64,000 nt of DNA from Paraphysomonas bandaiensis. Lineage: Eukaryota > Protista > Chrysophyceae. The stretch's first letter is position 1. Each line of letters starts with the position of its first letter. The stretch is taken from assembly GCA_965644295.1 (NCBI GenBank), contig CBFFRP010000298.1, positions 62,001 through 126,000 of the forward strand. The letters are read 5' to 3'. Below the pieces are notes generated by a model. The model ran no database searches. It was given only the letters and a program-made list of their open reading frames with translations, and was not told where the DNA came from. Position numbers and translations under genes: made by a program. Below, piece after piece: positions 51,605 through 64,000 of this stretch.

Positions 51605-54600
51605 TTAGGAAAAATGATTGCTCGGTGCTGTTAACACATCTTCTGTGTGTCCCACGGGGGAACTTCCATCATTTGACTCTGAAATACACCCAGACTGATG
51701 AGATTCACTCCACTTACTGATAGGATTCTGCACTTCTTTAGATTCGGTGTGATCGCCTGAATTCATGTTCACCATGCTCAACCCTGCTGAACATTTATTA
51801 ACGAACGGAATATGTTGCGAGCTTTCTGAGTCCTCAACACCGGAGGGGCTCTCTTCATCCATTGATGAGGCGAAAAAGGAATTCCTATCTGCCATACTCT
51901 GTCGAATAACCACTTCAATGTCTTCGTCAAGACGCGTTTTAGCATCCAGCCTGTGAACACAACCAATAAGAGAATCTCTTTACGGCACGGAGAGATGTTG
52001 CACGACTACACCACACCTCGGGTAGCCAATCCAAAATATATACTTTATATAATGTGGGATAAATAGCTTACCTATGAAAATCCGGAAAAATGATGCCTAA
52101 TTTACTTGCTTTCTCGGCTGCTCGGCTTGCAACAGCATTAACTTTATTTCTAAAATACGAAAACTACGTTCAAAAAGTGTTAGATCTTTTCAAAAATTGT
52201 TGCAATTAATTCCTACCTTCATGGCGAATGTCCAGGGTACGACGCATGCCAGAGACACAACGACCAACACCAACATTGTGTTATATAAAGCCAATGCATT
52301 ATAGTTATCATCATCGCTAATTCCCGATACAACAACGAGAGCCATTAGGAATAACGCGCATTCCACTGATATGAAAACAGTACTGAGGAGGTCATCATTT
52401 TTATTAGCGTACGGGCGAGAGTAGGCCAGAATTATTAACGCCATCATATCAACTAAAAGAAGGTACAGGCACTGAGAAGCACTGTCAGGGGGTGCCACAT
52501 AGGGCATAACAGAAGTTAGCAGCAACTTTCGGATTAAATCGTAGCATTCATAATACACCCATTCACGTGCAAAGTTTTCGTGCAACAAACTTGACGGGTT
52601 TTCCAGCATAGGGTGCTGTCGATACCGCACAGTAAGGTAAAATAGCAGTGGAATGCCAATAACATAAAGTATAGTGCCCAATGTACCAACTGCTACTGAT
52701 GACGAATGCACATGGGAGCCACATTCAATGGAGTAGTCGTCCCTCAAGAATACACCGGTTACTCCGAGATCTCTGCAGTTATATACCACCAGCATACTGC
52801 CATACATGCATCATCAGAATGACGATATGTGAATTATGTAAACAGTTGATATCACATTTAGATTCATGTACACCACACAAAACGGAGTTGAGGACCTCCC
52901 AAATACCAAACGAAATAATGATAAATACATTTACATGTTAAATACCTGGAGGACAGTGATGGATAGGCAATTAAGCAAAACCAGAGAAATATCTTCGCAG
53001 ATGTGTTCCATATGCTCCATCCCACCCTTGACCGCTTCAGTTCGATTAATTCTTCGCCGGAAAGCTTACTATCTTCAGTATGACTATCTTCGTTTGTTGG
53101 TTGAGCAAATCGATTATTCGCAAGAATATATACAACACATGCCACCAACACCAAGAGACTTAAAAAAACTATCGGGGCCATAAAAAATATGACTAGTCCA
53201 ACAAGATACGGGTCTGATGTATTGTTCTTCGAGCAGTTATATGTCGCTTGTAGAGAATTAAGGGGATTAACGTTCAAGATTTTAAACATATTGTGGGATG
53301 TCTTCGGCCAGTCTGCATTGATGGTATAAAAACTTCCACTAACTACTTGAATGAACGATACGACCAGTTTACCGGTCATGGCTGTGCCCTTGATTACCTT
53401 TTTACCAGCTTTTATATTCTTTTTCTCTGCCAGCAAATCACGAAGTACACGTGGAATGCTACTCTGCCTCTCAACTGCATGTGATCGGGATTTATCATAC
53501 GACTGCAGGGCAGTTTTTTTCTGAAATGAAAGCATACTGAAAGATACACTAAACCATAGCACCGCCCCCAATAGGGCCGTGAATATTGTAATTGACACAA
53601 CACGAAGTACATTGAGAGCTGTGCTGTTGCTTTCTTCAAAACTCGTACATTTCAAGCAGGAACCATCATCTAGATAGTATCCCTCTTTACACACAGCACA
53701 TGTCGGAGACGACTGTAGGGTATGATCCGCACAAGAAGCATTTAACATGCAGCCACCTTTACAGTTGTCCGCAGTATCACAGGAGTAAATCTAGCGGGAT
53801 AAGTCAGTACATAAATGTCTCTAGCATTGACAGGAAGAATCACAAAAAGCATGTATCATCCTCCAAACAGTTTCGAAAAAATACCTTGTACTTATCAAAG
53901 TTTGACAATTCATCATCAGTGGGTGGTTGATCTCTCCAGTAACCCGCCAGAACGCACGGAATAGCAATACCTGACTGCTACTTTAGTGCAACAGCTCATA
54001 TATCGCCATACTACTACCACTAACAACATCAAATACCATATATACTGCATACCACGAAGCTCGAATTACAATACATCATTCCGATTCGAAGATCAATAAA
54101 TACACAGTTCATATTAGACTTACCAACGTCATTACAATCCGCTCCAGACGGACACTCCTTGCAATACGCCATATTCGCCTCAGGATTATAAAAGCCCACA
54201 TTGCACAACTTACACACATATGTACCAGAGCTTCCAAGCACAGGTTCTTGACCAGCGGGACAATATGGCAACAGCTGGTCACCATATCTGTGGTATATAT
54301 ATGCGTATGTACCATCTGGCCAGGTGAATGGCATACTCAGCTCAGATGACGCTGACTTAGCGGTTCCTTTGTCAACCCATTTGTTCACAGTATCGTAGTT
54401 AACTATACGATACTGAGGGTTTACAAGGTCTCCCTGAGAATCGAAGTCGATATCACCGGACACTCCTTCGAACGATATATCTCTCGTGAGAGCGGTGTAG
54501 GTATATTGCTGTAACAAAGTCCCTGTTAAACCAGTGTTATCATTGATTGTTTTCTGGTATGCAAGGGCTAGAGCCACAACAGCATCCACGATGTGAAGTG

Positions 54601-57600
54601 AATACGCAGCAAATGTCGATCGATCGCCATCGGTGTCGATGTACTCATTGGGGTCCAAACTCTCCCACAGAGAGCGATATTTAATGGTCTGCGAGTTATT
54701 CGCCTCAAATGGCGATAGACCAATAATCCCATTTGGAATAATCGTATCACTGAGTTCCACATCAATCCAACTGTCAACTCCAATCCATATTACGGCATCA
54801 GTACCCAAAATAGGATGGGTGCTCGCAGCATTAAAAATGTTTGACACTTCATCCTGATACATGACCAAGAGTATAGCTGGGGTGCCAGTTTGTGCAATGC
54901 GATCGATAATGCCGTCATAATCAACACTTGGGTCTCCGCTGGTATATATAATGCTATCCAGAATAATATTGCCAGCATTTTCATAACTGCAGGTACAAGT
55001 AAACACGAGACAATCCCAGGCAGATTCATGGATAAAATATATCTCAAGGAAACAATACTGTGACAACTAAATACACAATACTATATGAATATTACCATTA
55101 GAATGGTAATATGATCGTTCACACTGATATGTTGATTAGATTATACCTGGTGGCAAAGCTTGAGCTCAAGCCTTCAGCATAATCGTCATCTGTGCTAACC
55201 ACAACTATATAAGGCGAAACTCCTGTCCATAACATATTATATTAAAAATATACACGAATAAAGCATCTGGAGATGAAATGACACCCAATATAAGAGCTAC
55301 AAAATTTAATGTCGGCCTTCTTCCTGACCTATCTTCATGAGAAGAGACGCCACGGCGGGTCCCTGTGCAGCATCAGAAGCACAAGTTCGCGCAAAATATT
55401 GATACGCATCCTTATCACTTAACTCCGTTGATGTGGACTTGAATGATATCTGAGGCAGGTACAAACTGTTGCCGTATGATGCCGTGGTTTTACTGATAAC
55501 AGTACACATAAACATTAGGCTAAGACAACGTACACGTTCACAATGATACATATTTTCACTGCGATAGAAACGTACAAAAACAATGCACATACACATATCA
55601 CTTATGTACGAAAGAGTAAACTTGCTTTATATTCAAATAGTAGTGAGTGTATGATGAACCAATAAATTGAAAATTTACCTTCCCGAAGAGCATTCTGCTC
55701 CAATGAGGCCATCCAAGTTACGTCCTGTTATTCCTTGTGCCCACTGGTTTTGATTTTGTAGGGCTAAGTATGCAGTATTCGCGCTGCACGCAGAGTTATT
55801 TAACTGCAAGACCAGAGTAACCTACATATTACACAATATCAGTATCCGAATTTTCACTCGAAAGGCAGCATTGGGTGCTATCATACACATTGCAAGGTAT
55901 ACAACTAAAAGCCTCTCTACACATAAACCAGCACCATATCCGCCACAACAATTTTATGCACCTGGGCTGTGTCGTTGTCAAACCAGCCATCAGTTTTATT
56001 GTTGATTAGATCAACAGCAAGACGCATACTAGATTTGTATTCGCTTGCTTCTGAGTACTGATACGCCACCATTCCACCAATGTAATAAACCATACTAGAT
56101 CTACATGCACCATCTACAATTTGCCCATCGCAATATGTATCACATGAGCTAGGATTGGCAGCACCATAGTAGTTGTTGTCGCAAATACACTCTCCAGAAG
56201 TGTCGCACTGTCCATGGGAGGAACAGTAGTTTGTGTCCCTGTTACACGCCCGTTGGGACCAAGTGGGTGCTGGATATATGGGTGGTGCATCAGATACTGC
56301 TGCTGGCAATACCAATACTACATCTTGTTCGGTGGTCCCATTTGTATTTATCGGCTGGACCTATATATAACGCACTTACTTTATAATATTCTTTCAGTAG
56401 CATACATCACGATACGTTATCACCCATCATCGTTAATACTAACATACCTGCGACAGCAGAACATCAAACATTGCCTGGTGATGAGAGTCGAAAGAAAAAT
56501 TCGCGTAAAATGTTTCATACTGGCGTTTGGATTGTAAATACTGAAGAAGAATTTCTTCTTGCAAAGATTGTGTTGTTTCAATCGCATCCACAAGCACAAT
56601 ACCAGCTGCAAAAGTACTCGCCGCCTGATAGGGCGGCACAGTGTTATATATCGCACTGTAACGGTCACTGAAATCCTGTGCAGTCCATCCAGTAAATGTT
56701 CCACGAATATCATCCGTCGGTGCCCACGGAGTCAGTGCAAAAAGGTACGACGCCGAATCACCGAGGATACTGAGCACATCACTACTGGAGAGGCAGTTCG
56801 TAAAAAAAACAGCTGAAGGGTTGTAATCAATAGATTCTGAAACTTCGGGAATCTATAGGACAGAAATAAATCAAAATGTGTATAAATGCAGAATATACTC
56901 GCAACGATATATAAACCACACTTATCGTGCTATGCAGTCAAAGAACTATTGTTGACACACCTCTATGCAAAGGGGACCATACGAGCACCCATATATACTC
57001 TGAATACCCTGAGACTTCAGCTCCTCCAGAATAGCGGTAACGTTCTGTTCATAAAAAGGGCTTTGCGGGTCTACGTCATACACACCACTAATATTTATCC
57101 CACAGTCATCAGCATTAAGGAGAGCAGTAGAATTCATACAAGATGTGTATTCTGTGTCCCTTATGACGGCTACAGATTCGGCACCAAAGTTCTTGAGGGC
57201 ACAAAATGCAGTGCTGAATGTCATATATACGCATAAGATATATACGACAAGTCAAAATTACAAACTAGACACAAGAAATAAATGCAGATAGCCGCACTAC
57301 CTCATGTAGCTTGCATCTCCAGGAAGCGTTCCATAGAGTAATTCATATTCACGATACATATCGGTATCTGATGACCCGCCTACATACACCATGTCACATT
57401 AATCGTTGATACACCCTTAGAAATACAAACTGAACCTGAAAGTATAATTTTTTCTTTATCTTCTGTGGCATTTACACACGCTGATGTAAGACTACTAGAG
57501 AAGGGCCCAAAAATAAACTGAACCTCTTCTTCTGCTGCGAAACTTTGACAGAGTTGGCTAACATGTGAGGGATCCGAGAAGTCCTCCACATACTGTATCT

Positions 57601-57898
57601 TGAGGGAATAATTGAGACCGTTAAGATGTATGCCCCCTCTGTCATAGTTCACCCACTCAACAAGCATGCTCCATGCATTAGTCATAGCCATCCCATAGCC
57701 GAAGAACTCATCGCCTAACTGATAAGATACAGGAGCAGATACCTTAATAGACCCATTGTACAGACCATATGGAACAGAATCCAGAACAGCAGACTTATGA
57801 GACACTTGAGAGATCTGTGAGTGATCTGCTGCTGATGATAGAGGGGAGGTATGAACTAATAGGAGGAGCCCCACATATACATACATATAGCGATACAT
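51605..57898 (-). CDS. Receptor-like protein: signal peptide, Venus-flytrap (PBP type 1), EGF-like, second Venus-flytrap (ANF-receptor/GABA-B-like), Cys-rich repeats, about 9 TM helices, Ser-rich tail; about 14 exons
   Basis: VNYDRGGIHLNG...DFSDP...FIFGPFSSSLT; CSSHGQCDTSGECICDNNYYG; LIGAECSSGS...LPQISFKSTSTELSDKDAYQYFART; FEGVSGDIDFDSQGD; CKLCNVGFY...CKECPSGADC; KLVVSFIQVV, YPSLS, FLRDDYSIEC, YVIGIP, YYECYDLIRKLLLT, RPY. Exons join via GT-AG introns. Confidence 0.8.
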
Positions 57899-58092
57899 CT
57901 AGAGAGAGAGATACAGATACACAACTATATGAGACCACACATTCACACTAATCAGATGTGCAGACACACAGCTGAAGATACCACTCTATAACCCTATCAG
58001 AATAACGTCACACATCCGACAACAGACAGTGACGAGAACAAGCCAACATCCTCAAACAACAAACCAACTGTACCGGCATACGTACATATGGT

Positions 58093-58308
58093 GTATGTAT
58101 GTATGTATGTATGTATGTATGTATGTATGTATGTATGTATGTATGTATGTATGTATGTATGTATGTATGTATGTATGTATGTATGTATGTATGTATGTAT
58201 GTATGTATGTATGTATGTATGTATGTATGTATGTATGTATGTATGTATGTATGTATGTATGTATGTATGTATGTATGTATGTATGTATGTATGTATGTAT
58301 GTATGTAT
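58093..58308. repeat. (GTAT)54 microsatellite in a divergent promoter region
   Basis: Perfect run between ATG 57898 (-) and ATG 58542 (+). Confidence 0.98.
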
Positions 58309-58541
58309 CTATTTATATATTTGAATTTTTGATTTTGTGTGTGTGGTATTTTGTAGAGTGTATCTGTGTGTAGTATGGTATGGTATGGTCATTGTATTGT
58401 ACACATGTACTGCTGTAGGTACGTCTATGTACGTCCTCTGCAGCTGTCGCTCTAGATATCTGTGTATACTCTCAGTGCCAGTGTCCTCTCTGCCCCTTCA
58501 TATCAATATAATCAACCCAATCCTGTAGACCCCATAAGGAG

Positions 58542-61500
58542 ATGGACCCCTCTCTCCAGCAGAGGTATTTCGACCTCCGCAAACAGCTCACAAGTCTCAA
58601 TTATTCATCTAATTTTGGAGTGGATGCTATCGAAGTAGTGCATCAGTTATTCACTGATCTTGTAGCCACTACAGAGTCATACAGTCAACTGCAGGAGAAG
58701 GAATACAGCCTATCTCAAGACTTATCTCTCGCACAGGCTCAGCTCTTCCCTTTAAGGAAAGATAACGCCAAACTATCACGAGAGAATCAGCAGCTGCACT
58801 TGGAGACCATTAAGCTCAGAGAGGATCTCTCCAATCGAAACGACTCTCTTTCTATGAATGTCAAACAACTCAAAGAGGAGCTTCAAGAGGCCAGATATCT
58901 GTGCATGTCTAAAGATGAGGATATCGCCAAGATAGAGAGAGAGCGACTGCGTATTCGCGAGGTACACACCCTCATGCTGCACTGGACTGCACTGCGCTGT
59001 ATTGTATGTGTACTGTACTGAACTGTATTCTTTGCAATTCATTAATTACTTTCGTGTGTCTCGTGTTTCCGTTGTTTAACTCATGACTACCTGTCATAAT
59101 GAAGGCCTACGAGGCACTAGCCTCTTCTTCCCTCCTGAGTAATGGCGTAAAGGTTAAGCGCAGCATTAAGAGCACTTTCGCCTTGGATGGAGTCAGCGAA
59201 TCGAAGACACAATCACCTGAAGAGAACAAAAAGAAACCTTCTCGAATTAGCAATCGGACTGCTAAGATTGCACGTGGTAAGCTATGGACTATATGTGTCA
59301 TGCAGTATAGCGTTTGTGCATATCCACAGAGTTTTTTGTCTTTGTACCCCTTAAAATGTAAGGTGTAGACGAGGAGCAGGATGTCATGCGCTCACCAAAT
59401 GGGGACGGCGATATCATTGAGACTTTGCGAAAACAAGTTAGTGGCGAATTACTCATGATTATTGTGTACAGCTCGGTCGAAAGTATTGTATTATTGCCAT
59501 ACACATAAACATTGCACCACGTACCTTGCACGGCACTTTGCTAAGACTATTACAGGTGGAAGCACTAGAGTCTGCCCTAGCCTCGAGTAAAGAAGAGTCG
59601 CGAAAACTTTCAGAGTCCCTCTCTCGAAGAGATGATGAGTTAATTCGTTTTGCAAGAAAGAGTGGTGTGTTAGACAGTGGAGTAAGTAATGACGAAACTA
59701 GAATGCAGAATTTATTGGCTGCGGATAGCTCCAACAAAAGAATTATAGATCAACTTAATGGGCAGGTAAATGCGCTTGGCACCATATTGAGTAGTTGATT
59801 GTGTTTTGCGTACTCATGTGTTTTGGAAAGGTGGACTTTTTGAATGAGCAGTTGGCTCTCCGAGAGAGGCAACTTGCCGAACACTCGAGGGAGCTCTCAG
59901 CCAGTAGAGAAGTGAAAGCAGAGTGCGAATATAGGTACACATGTATTACATATACCACTTATCCGAGGCCGCACGCTGCATACTTATGTAGTGACATTGG
60001 AAATGTTGTATGCAGCCTGAAATGTTGTGTATAACAATGGTGTATTGGTGTGCTTTACTCTATCAATACTTACTTTGAGACGTATTTTCTGAGCATGTCC
60101 TTTATGCAGGGGAGTATTACTTGATCGCGAGAAAGCTCAAAACAAACAGCTACTTGCTCAACTAGTAACCTTGGAGTCTCGGGTATGCACAACACGTATA
60201 ATGTGGTCACGTACAAGCGTAATGTATCTGTTTTTGTGTCTATAGATTAATGAAGTAAACCGGGTAACGGATCCCTCGACACCTATTCAGCGGACTCCAG
60301 AATCCGTTTCGAGCAGCAGCAGGAGCTCACCTCAATTTCCCTCCCAATCTGGTATGTTTGAGTCTGTGATGACGCCCTGCACTGTTGTGATGTCCATGGG
60401 CTACTATGACGCTTCCTGTGCATCTTGTTCTTATGTATATACTGTGCCCTAGACGTGGTGGAGAGATTAGCAGCTGATAAACAAGTACTCAACAGCGAAG
60501 TGCAGGCGCTGACGACTACGCTGTCTCAAATGGAAGAGGGTGACTCGCTGCTTAAGGCGCGGCTAAACCGAACAGAGCAGGCTCGGTTGGATCTTTTGAA
60601 ACAGGTAGGTCTCGTGTATGTATTTGGTAGATGTGCATACAGTGTACATACGTTGCATATTTCTATACTTATATCTACATAATGCGTGTATTCTGACGCT
60701 TAGGTATGTGGCTTATCATGACACTATATATGTGGTTGGTTCCATTGTCGTTTAATACAATACAACAGCTGGACAAGTGCCGAACTGAATGTTCCGTTCT
60801 GTCGACCTCACTGTCTGACACGAAACTTGCACTGGATCAATCCATTGAAGAAAACTCCAACTTAAAGGAAAAGTTGGAGACCGTGCAGAGAAGATGCGAA
60901 GAAGAGGCACAGAATGCGGATGATCATAGGTACGTAGCAAAAACTAAATCCTTATTATATTGAAAATGCTTGCCGCTTTCGCATCGTACGTTAGTTATAT
61001 TCTCCTAGTCCGTCGCCGTAGTTCCTAAGGGTGTTGCTGTAATTGTAATATTATATTAATCAGGTCACGAGTTTTGGGACTCGAGAGCCAGTTGTCTGTC
61101 CTTGAAGCTTCAAAAAGTAGGCTTGAAACAGCTCTTCGCGAGTTAAAAATGGAGTCTGCGCAGTTGCGAAAGAGTCAGACAGAGAGCCATGTCGAAGTTG
61201 AACAAAGTCAACAGTTTCAACGCCGTTGGGAGAAAGAGAAGGAAAGTTTACTTAATCTTCTAAAAAGCACACAAGAGGAAGTGAGTTAACATATGTACAA
61301 TGATTTCTCTGTGTGTATTAATGTAATGTCATGTGGTAGCTTTCCGAGTGTCAAGATACTATCCTAAAAAAGACTCACGAGCAGGAGTCTGTTTCCCAAG
61401 ATTTACATCACTACAAAGAGAAGGTGTCGCAGTATCAGGCTAAGTTGTCGAACGTAAATAGTTTACTGGAGTCAAAGTCTGAAGAGGTGTCTGAATTGGT

Positions 61501-64000
61501 GGATAGTAATGTCCAGCAAAAAAGGCAGATTGAAGAATTGAAGTTTGAATTAAAGCAAAGAAGAAGTGGTACTGAGGACAGGGAATTGAAAAAACAAGAA
61601 GAAAAGTATAGCAGGTTGCATATATAGAACATTATAATGTGCAGCATCTCAGCTATGAATACTTATATTTCTAGGTTAACAAGTGACTTCGACCTTCTCA
61701 AGCAATCGTACACGACTTTGGAGCAGCAATACGCAAATAGCTTAAAAACTTCCGAAATTGTAGTGTCGGAGCGTGATACCCTTGTAAGAGAGCTGCATGA
61801 TAAAGAGGATGCTCTTGAAGCCCTGGAGAGTAAAAATGATAAGATCGAATTGGAATTGCACAGGTATTTGGGCTGATGTAGTTGTACCCACATTGTAGTC
61901 CAATGGATATGAACGGTACATAGGTTGAATAATCAGTTGGCCCTCTCATCAACTCAGCACACAACTGCTTTGCAATCTCCCGAACAGAATGAGCTGGTCC
62001 ACCAGCAGCAACAAAGTATTACCCACTTAGAGTCCGAGTTAAGATTGAGCACTCGTCGAATTAGCTCACTTGAGACGTCCCTTTCTGAGACGCAACAGAG
62101 TCTAATTGAGTCAGAGAGTGCTCTTTCTAACGCCAATGCGAAACTTCAGTCACTCACACTCGAAAAACAGAAATATCTAACTCAAGTGGATCAATTAACT
62201 GATGAAATATCCAATCAGAGGGAAATTGTATCCGATTCACATGGTCGGTTGGAGGAATATCAACGCCGCTTGGTAGAGTGCAAGGCTGATTTAAGAACTG
62301 CACTCCAGCAAAAAGAAGATAGCGAGAGAGCTTGTGATGAACTTAAGACATTATTACGAGCCATGGAAAGTAATGAAAAGGTATATTCGTTGTTATCCAC
62401 GTTATTGTCTGTGTGATATGTAATCATCGTTGTAGTCCAAATCTTCAAATCAATCTCGTTGGGAAAGTGAGCTGAAGTCTGCTGAGCAACGAATTGATGC
62501 CCTTGAAGCTGACAAAGCTACGCTGAAGCAAGAATTGGCTAGTAAAGATCGTAGGATCAAGGTCAAAGTAATGTAATGTAGAACCCCTGCATGTAATCAG
62601 TTTTTTAGGATCTTCACGATAGTTTAGTTGAGTTGGACAGAGAGCGAGACGATCTCCAACTTCAGCTTGACAACGAATCATCTTTACAGGATCAACGAGA
62701 GGCAACTATCGCCGAGTACAGTCGTCGCTTGGAAGATATGACATCTCAGATAGGCCAGAAAGACAAACAGCTATGTAGTATCAAAAAGGAAGTTATGGCG
62801 GAGGGGTCAAGGGTTCAGAGTTTAGAGCAAAGACTCAAAAGCGTTGTTCATGAGAATAACGAGTTGAAAAAAAGACTGCACGCTAAACACTCTGAGGTCA
62901 GTAGACTTGTTACGTACCTACTTGGATTACATATGCATGAGTTACATAGAGCTCATGTCAGTATGTGTGCATTAAAATATGATGTTTAAGGTTGGAGCGG
63001 CCAGTGAGGACCTCATGATGCTCACAAAGGAGAACCAAAGTCTCACAAGTGCGTTGCTTTTTTGCATTATCGCTACTCGTACAGTGAGAACACACCCTAA
63101 AAGTTTGTACTGATTAATTCAGGTGAGTTAGCGGATGTTTCCGGAGAGTTGGATAGATTGAGGTCTAAATATGCCGAAGAGACTGAACGTTGCGCATCGC
63201 TGGAACAGGCAGTCAGGTACTGATGCAGCATATGATACCTGCTATGTATCGAGTAGTATGTAGTTGGTGTTCGTGGGATAAAATACTTATGATGCCATCA
63301 GATCTCTAGAGATAGAGCGCAGCGATTTGCTGGAGACATACCGTTGTTGCCTTCAAGAGAAGAGGAAGTGCGAGGCTGATCTCAGCAGCATGAGGTATAA
63401 TTCAAGATTGACTGCACTCGATCCTGCCTTTCTAATGATATATCTAGTGCCACGAAGCTTAAAATGTCCCAAACTATAAATGAATTAAGGGCTGATATTA
63501 CAGACCTGAGCACTGAGCTGACATCCAGAAGGAACTCTGAAAACAGACAGGTATGTTATAGTTATGTAATCCCCGGATGTATACTAGGTTGATAAAGTAT
63601 AGTACTTTGATTATTGATTATTGCGTGCAGTTGTCGGAGAGGTCTGCATTAATGTTGCAGATTGAGTCCCTCAACGAACAGTTGGTCGCAACCTGTAGAA
63701 AGGTGGAAGATCATGAGTCTGATGCCAATAGACTAGCACAGGTAACACTCAGATAGGCCTTAGGGCTGTTGCCACGTATAATGGAAATTGTAAACGTAGG
63801 ATAAAGTAGCATGATAAAGATACAGTTACTGATGTGCAGTTATACCTAACACGCTTTTCATTTTAGGAGAATTATGGCCTCAAGCAAACCATATTGACAC
63901 TCCAGCAGCGATCAGTGACTCTTGTAAACAGAGCTGCAAGTGCCGCAGACTCCGCCAAAATCTTGCAAGCAAGGTTTGTACTTGTACCGTGCACTCGCGC
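58542..64000 (+). CDS. CEP135: Centrosomal protein 135 / Bld10 orthologue, multi-exon, truncated by the window end
   Basis: N-terminus RYFDLRKQLTSLNY...VHQLFTDLVATTES...LFPLRKDNAKLSRENQQLHLE matches the conserved CEP135/Bld10 N-terminus; IIDQLNGQVDFLN motif; long coiled coil. Confidence 0.85.

Overview
Intron-rich eukaryotic nuclear DNA (GT-AG introns, standard code). A CEP135/Bld10 gene implies a flagellated/centriole-bearing organism; a protist such as a stramenopile is my inference, not demonstrated. Host genes in order: LRR protein (-, runs off the left edge); RalGAP-alpha-like RapGAP gene (+, 2865-22464) whose 6.0-kb first intron is almost entirely a 22-bp satellite (~262 copies); SDS3/BRMS1-like gene; fatty-acid-hydroxylase/sterol-desaturase gene; bacterial-type (Tmm/mFMO-like) flavin monooxygenase with introns; membrane nucleotide cyclase with two swapped catalytic domains and guanylyl-type specificity residues; a receptor-like gene with two tandem Venus-flytrap domains, an EGF-like unit, a Cys-rich region and about 9 TM helices; CEP135/Bld10 (runs off the right edge). 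Mobile DNA: a very recent 5.3-kb Ty1/Copia element (identical 293-bp LTRs, TG...TA termini, CTAAT TSD) inserted in one copy of a 249-bp tandem duplication; about 3 kb of decayed retroelement relics; and a 2.2-kb PIF/Harbinger-like element (TGA TSD) lacking a transposase but carrying a decayed SET-domain gene and an orphan ORF, nested inside a perfect 138-bp inverted repeat between two divergent genes. Best candidates for new biology are the SET-carrying transposon with its inverted-repeat frame and the double-Venus-flytrap ~9-TM receptor. Exon boundaries were read by eye and no database searches were run.
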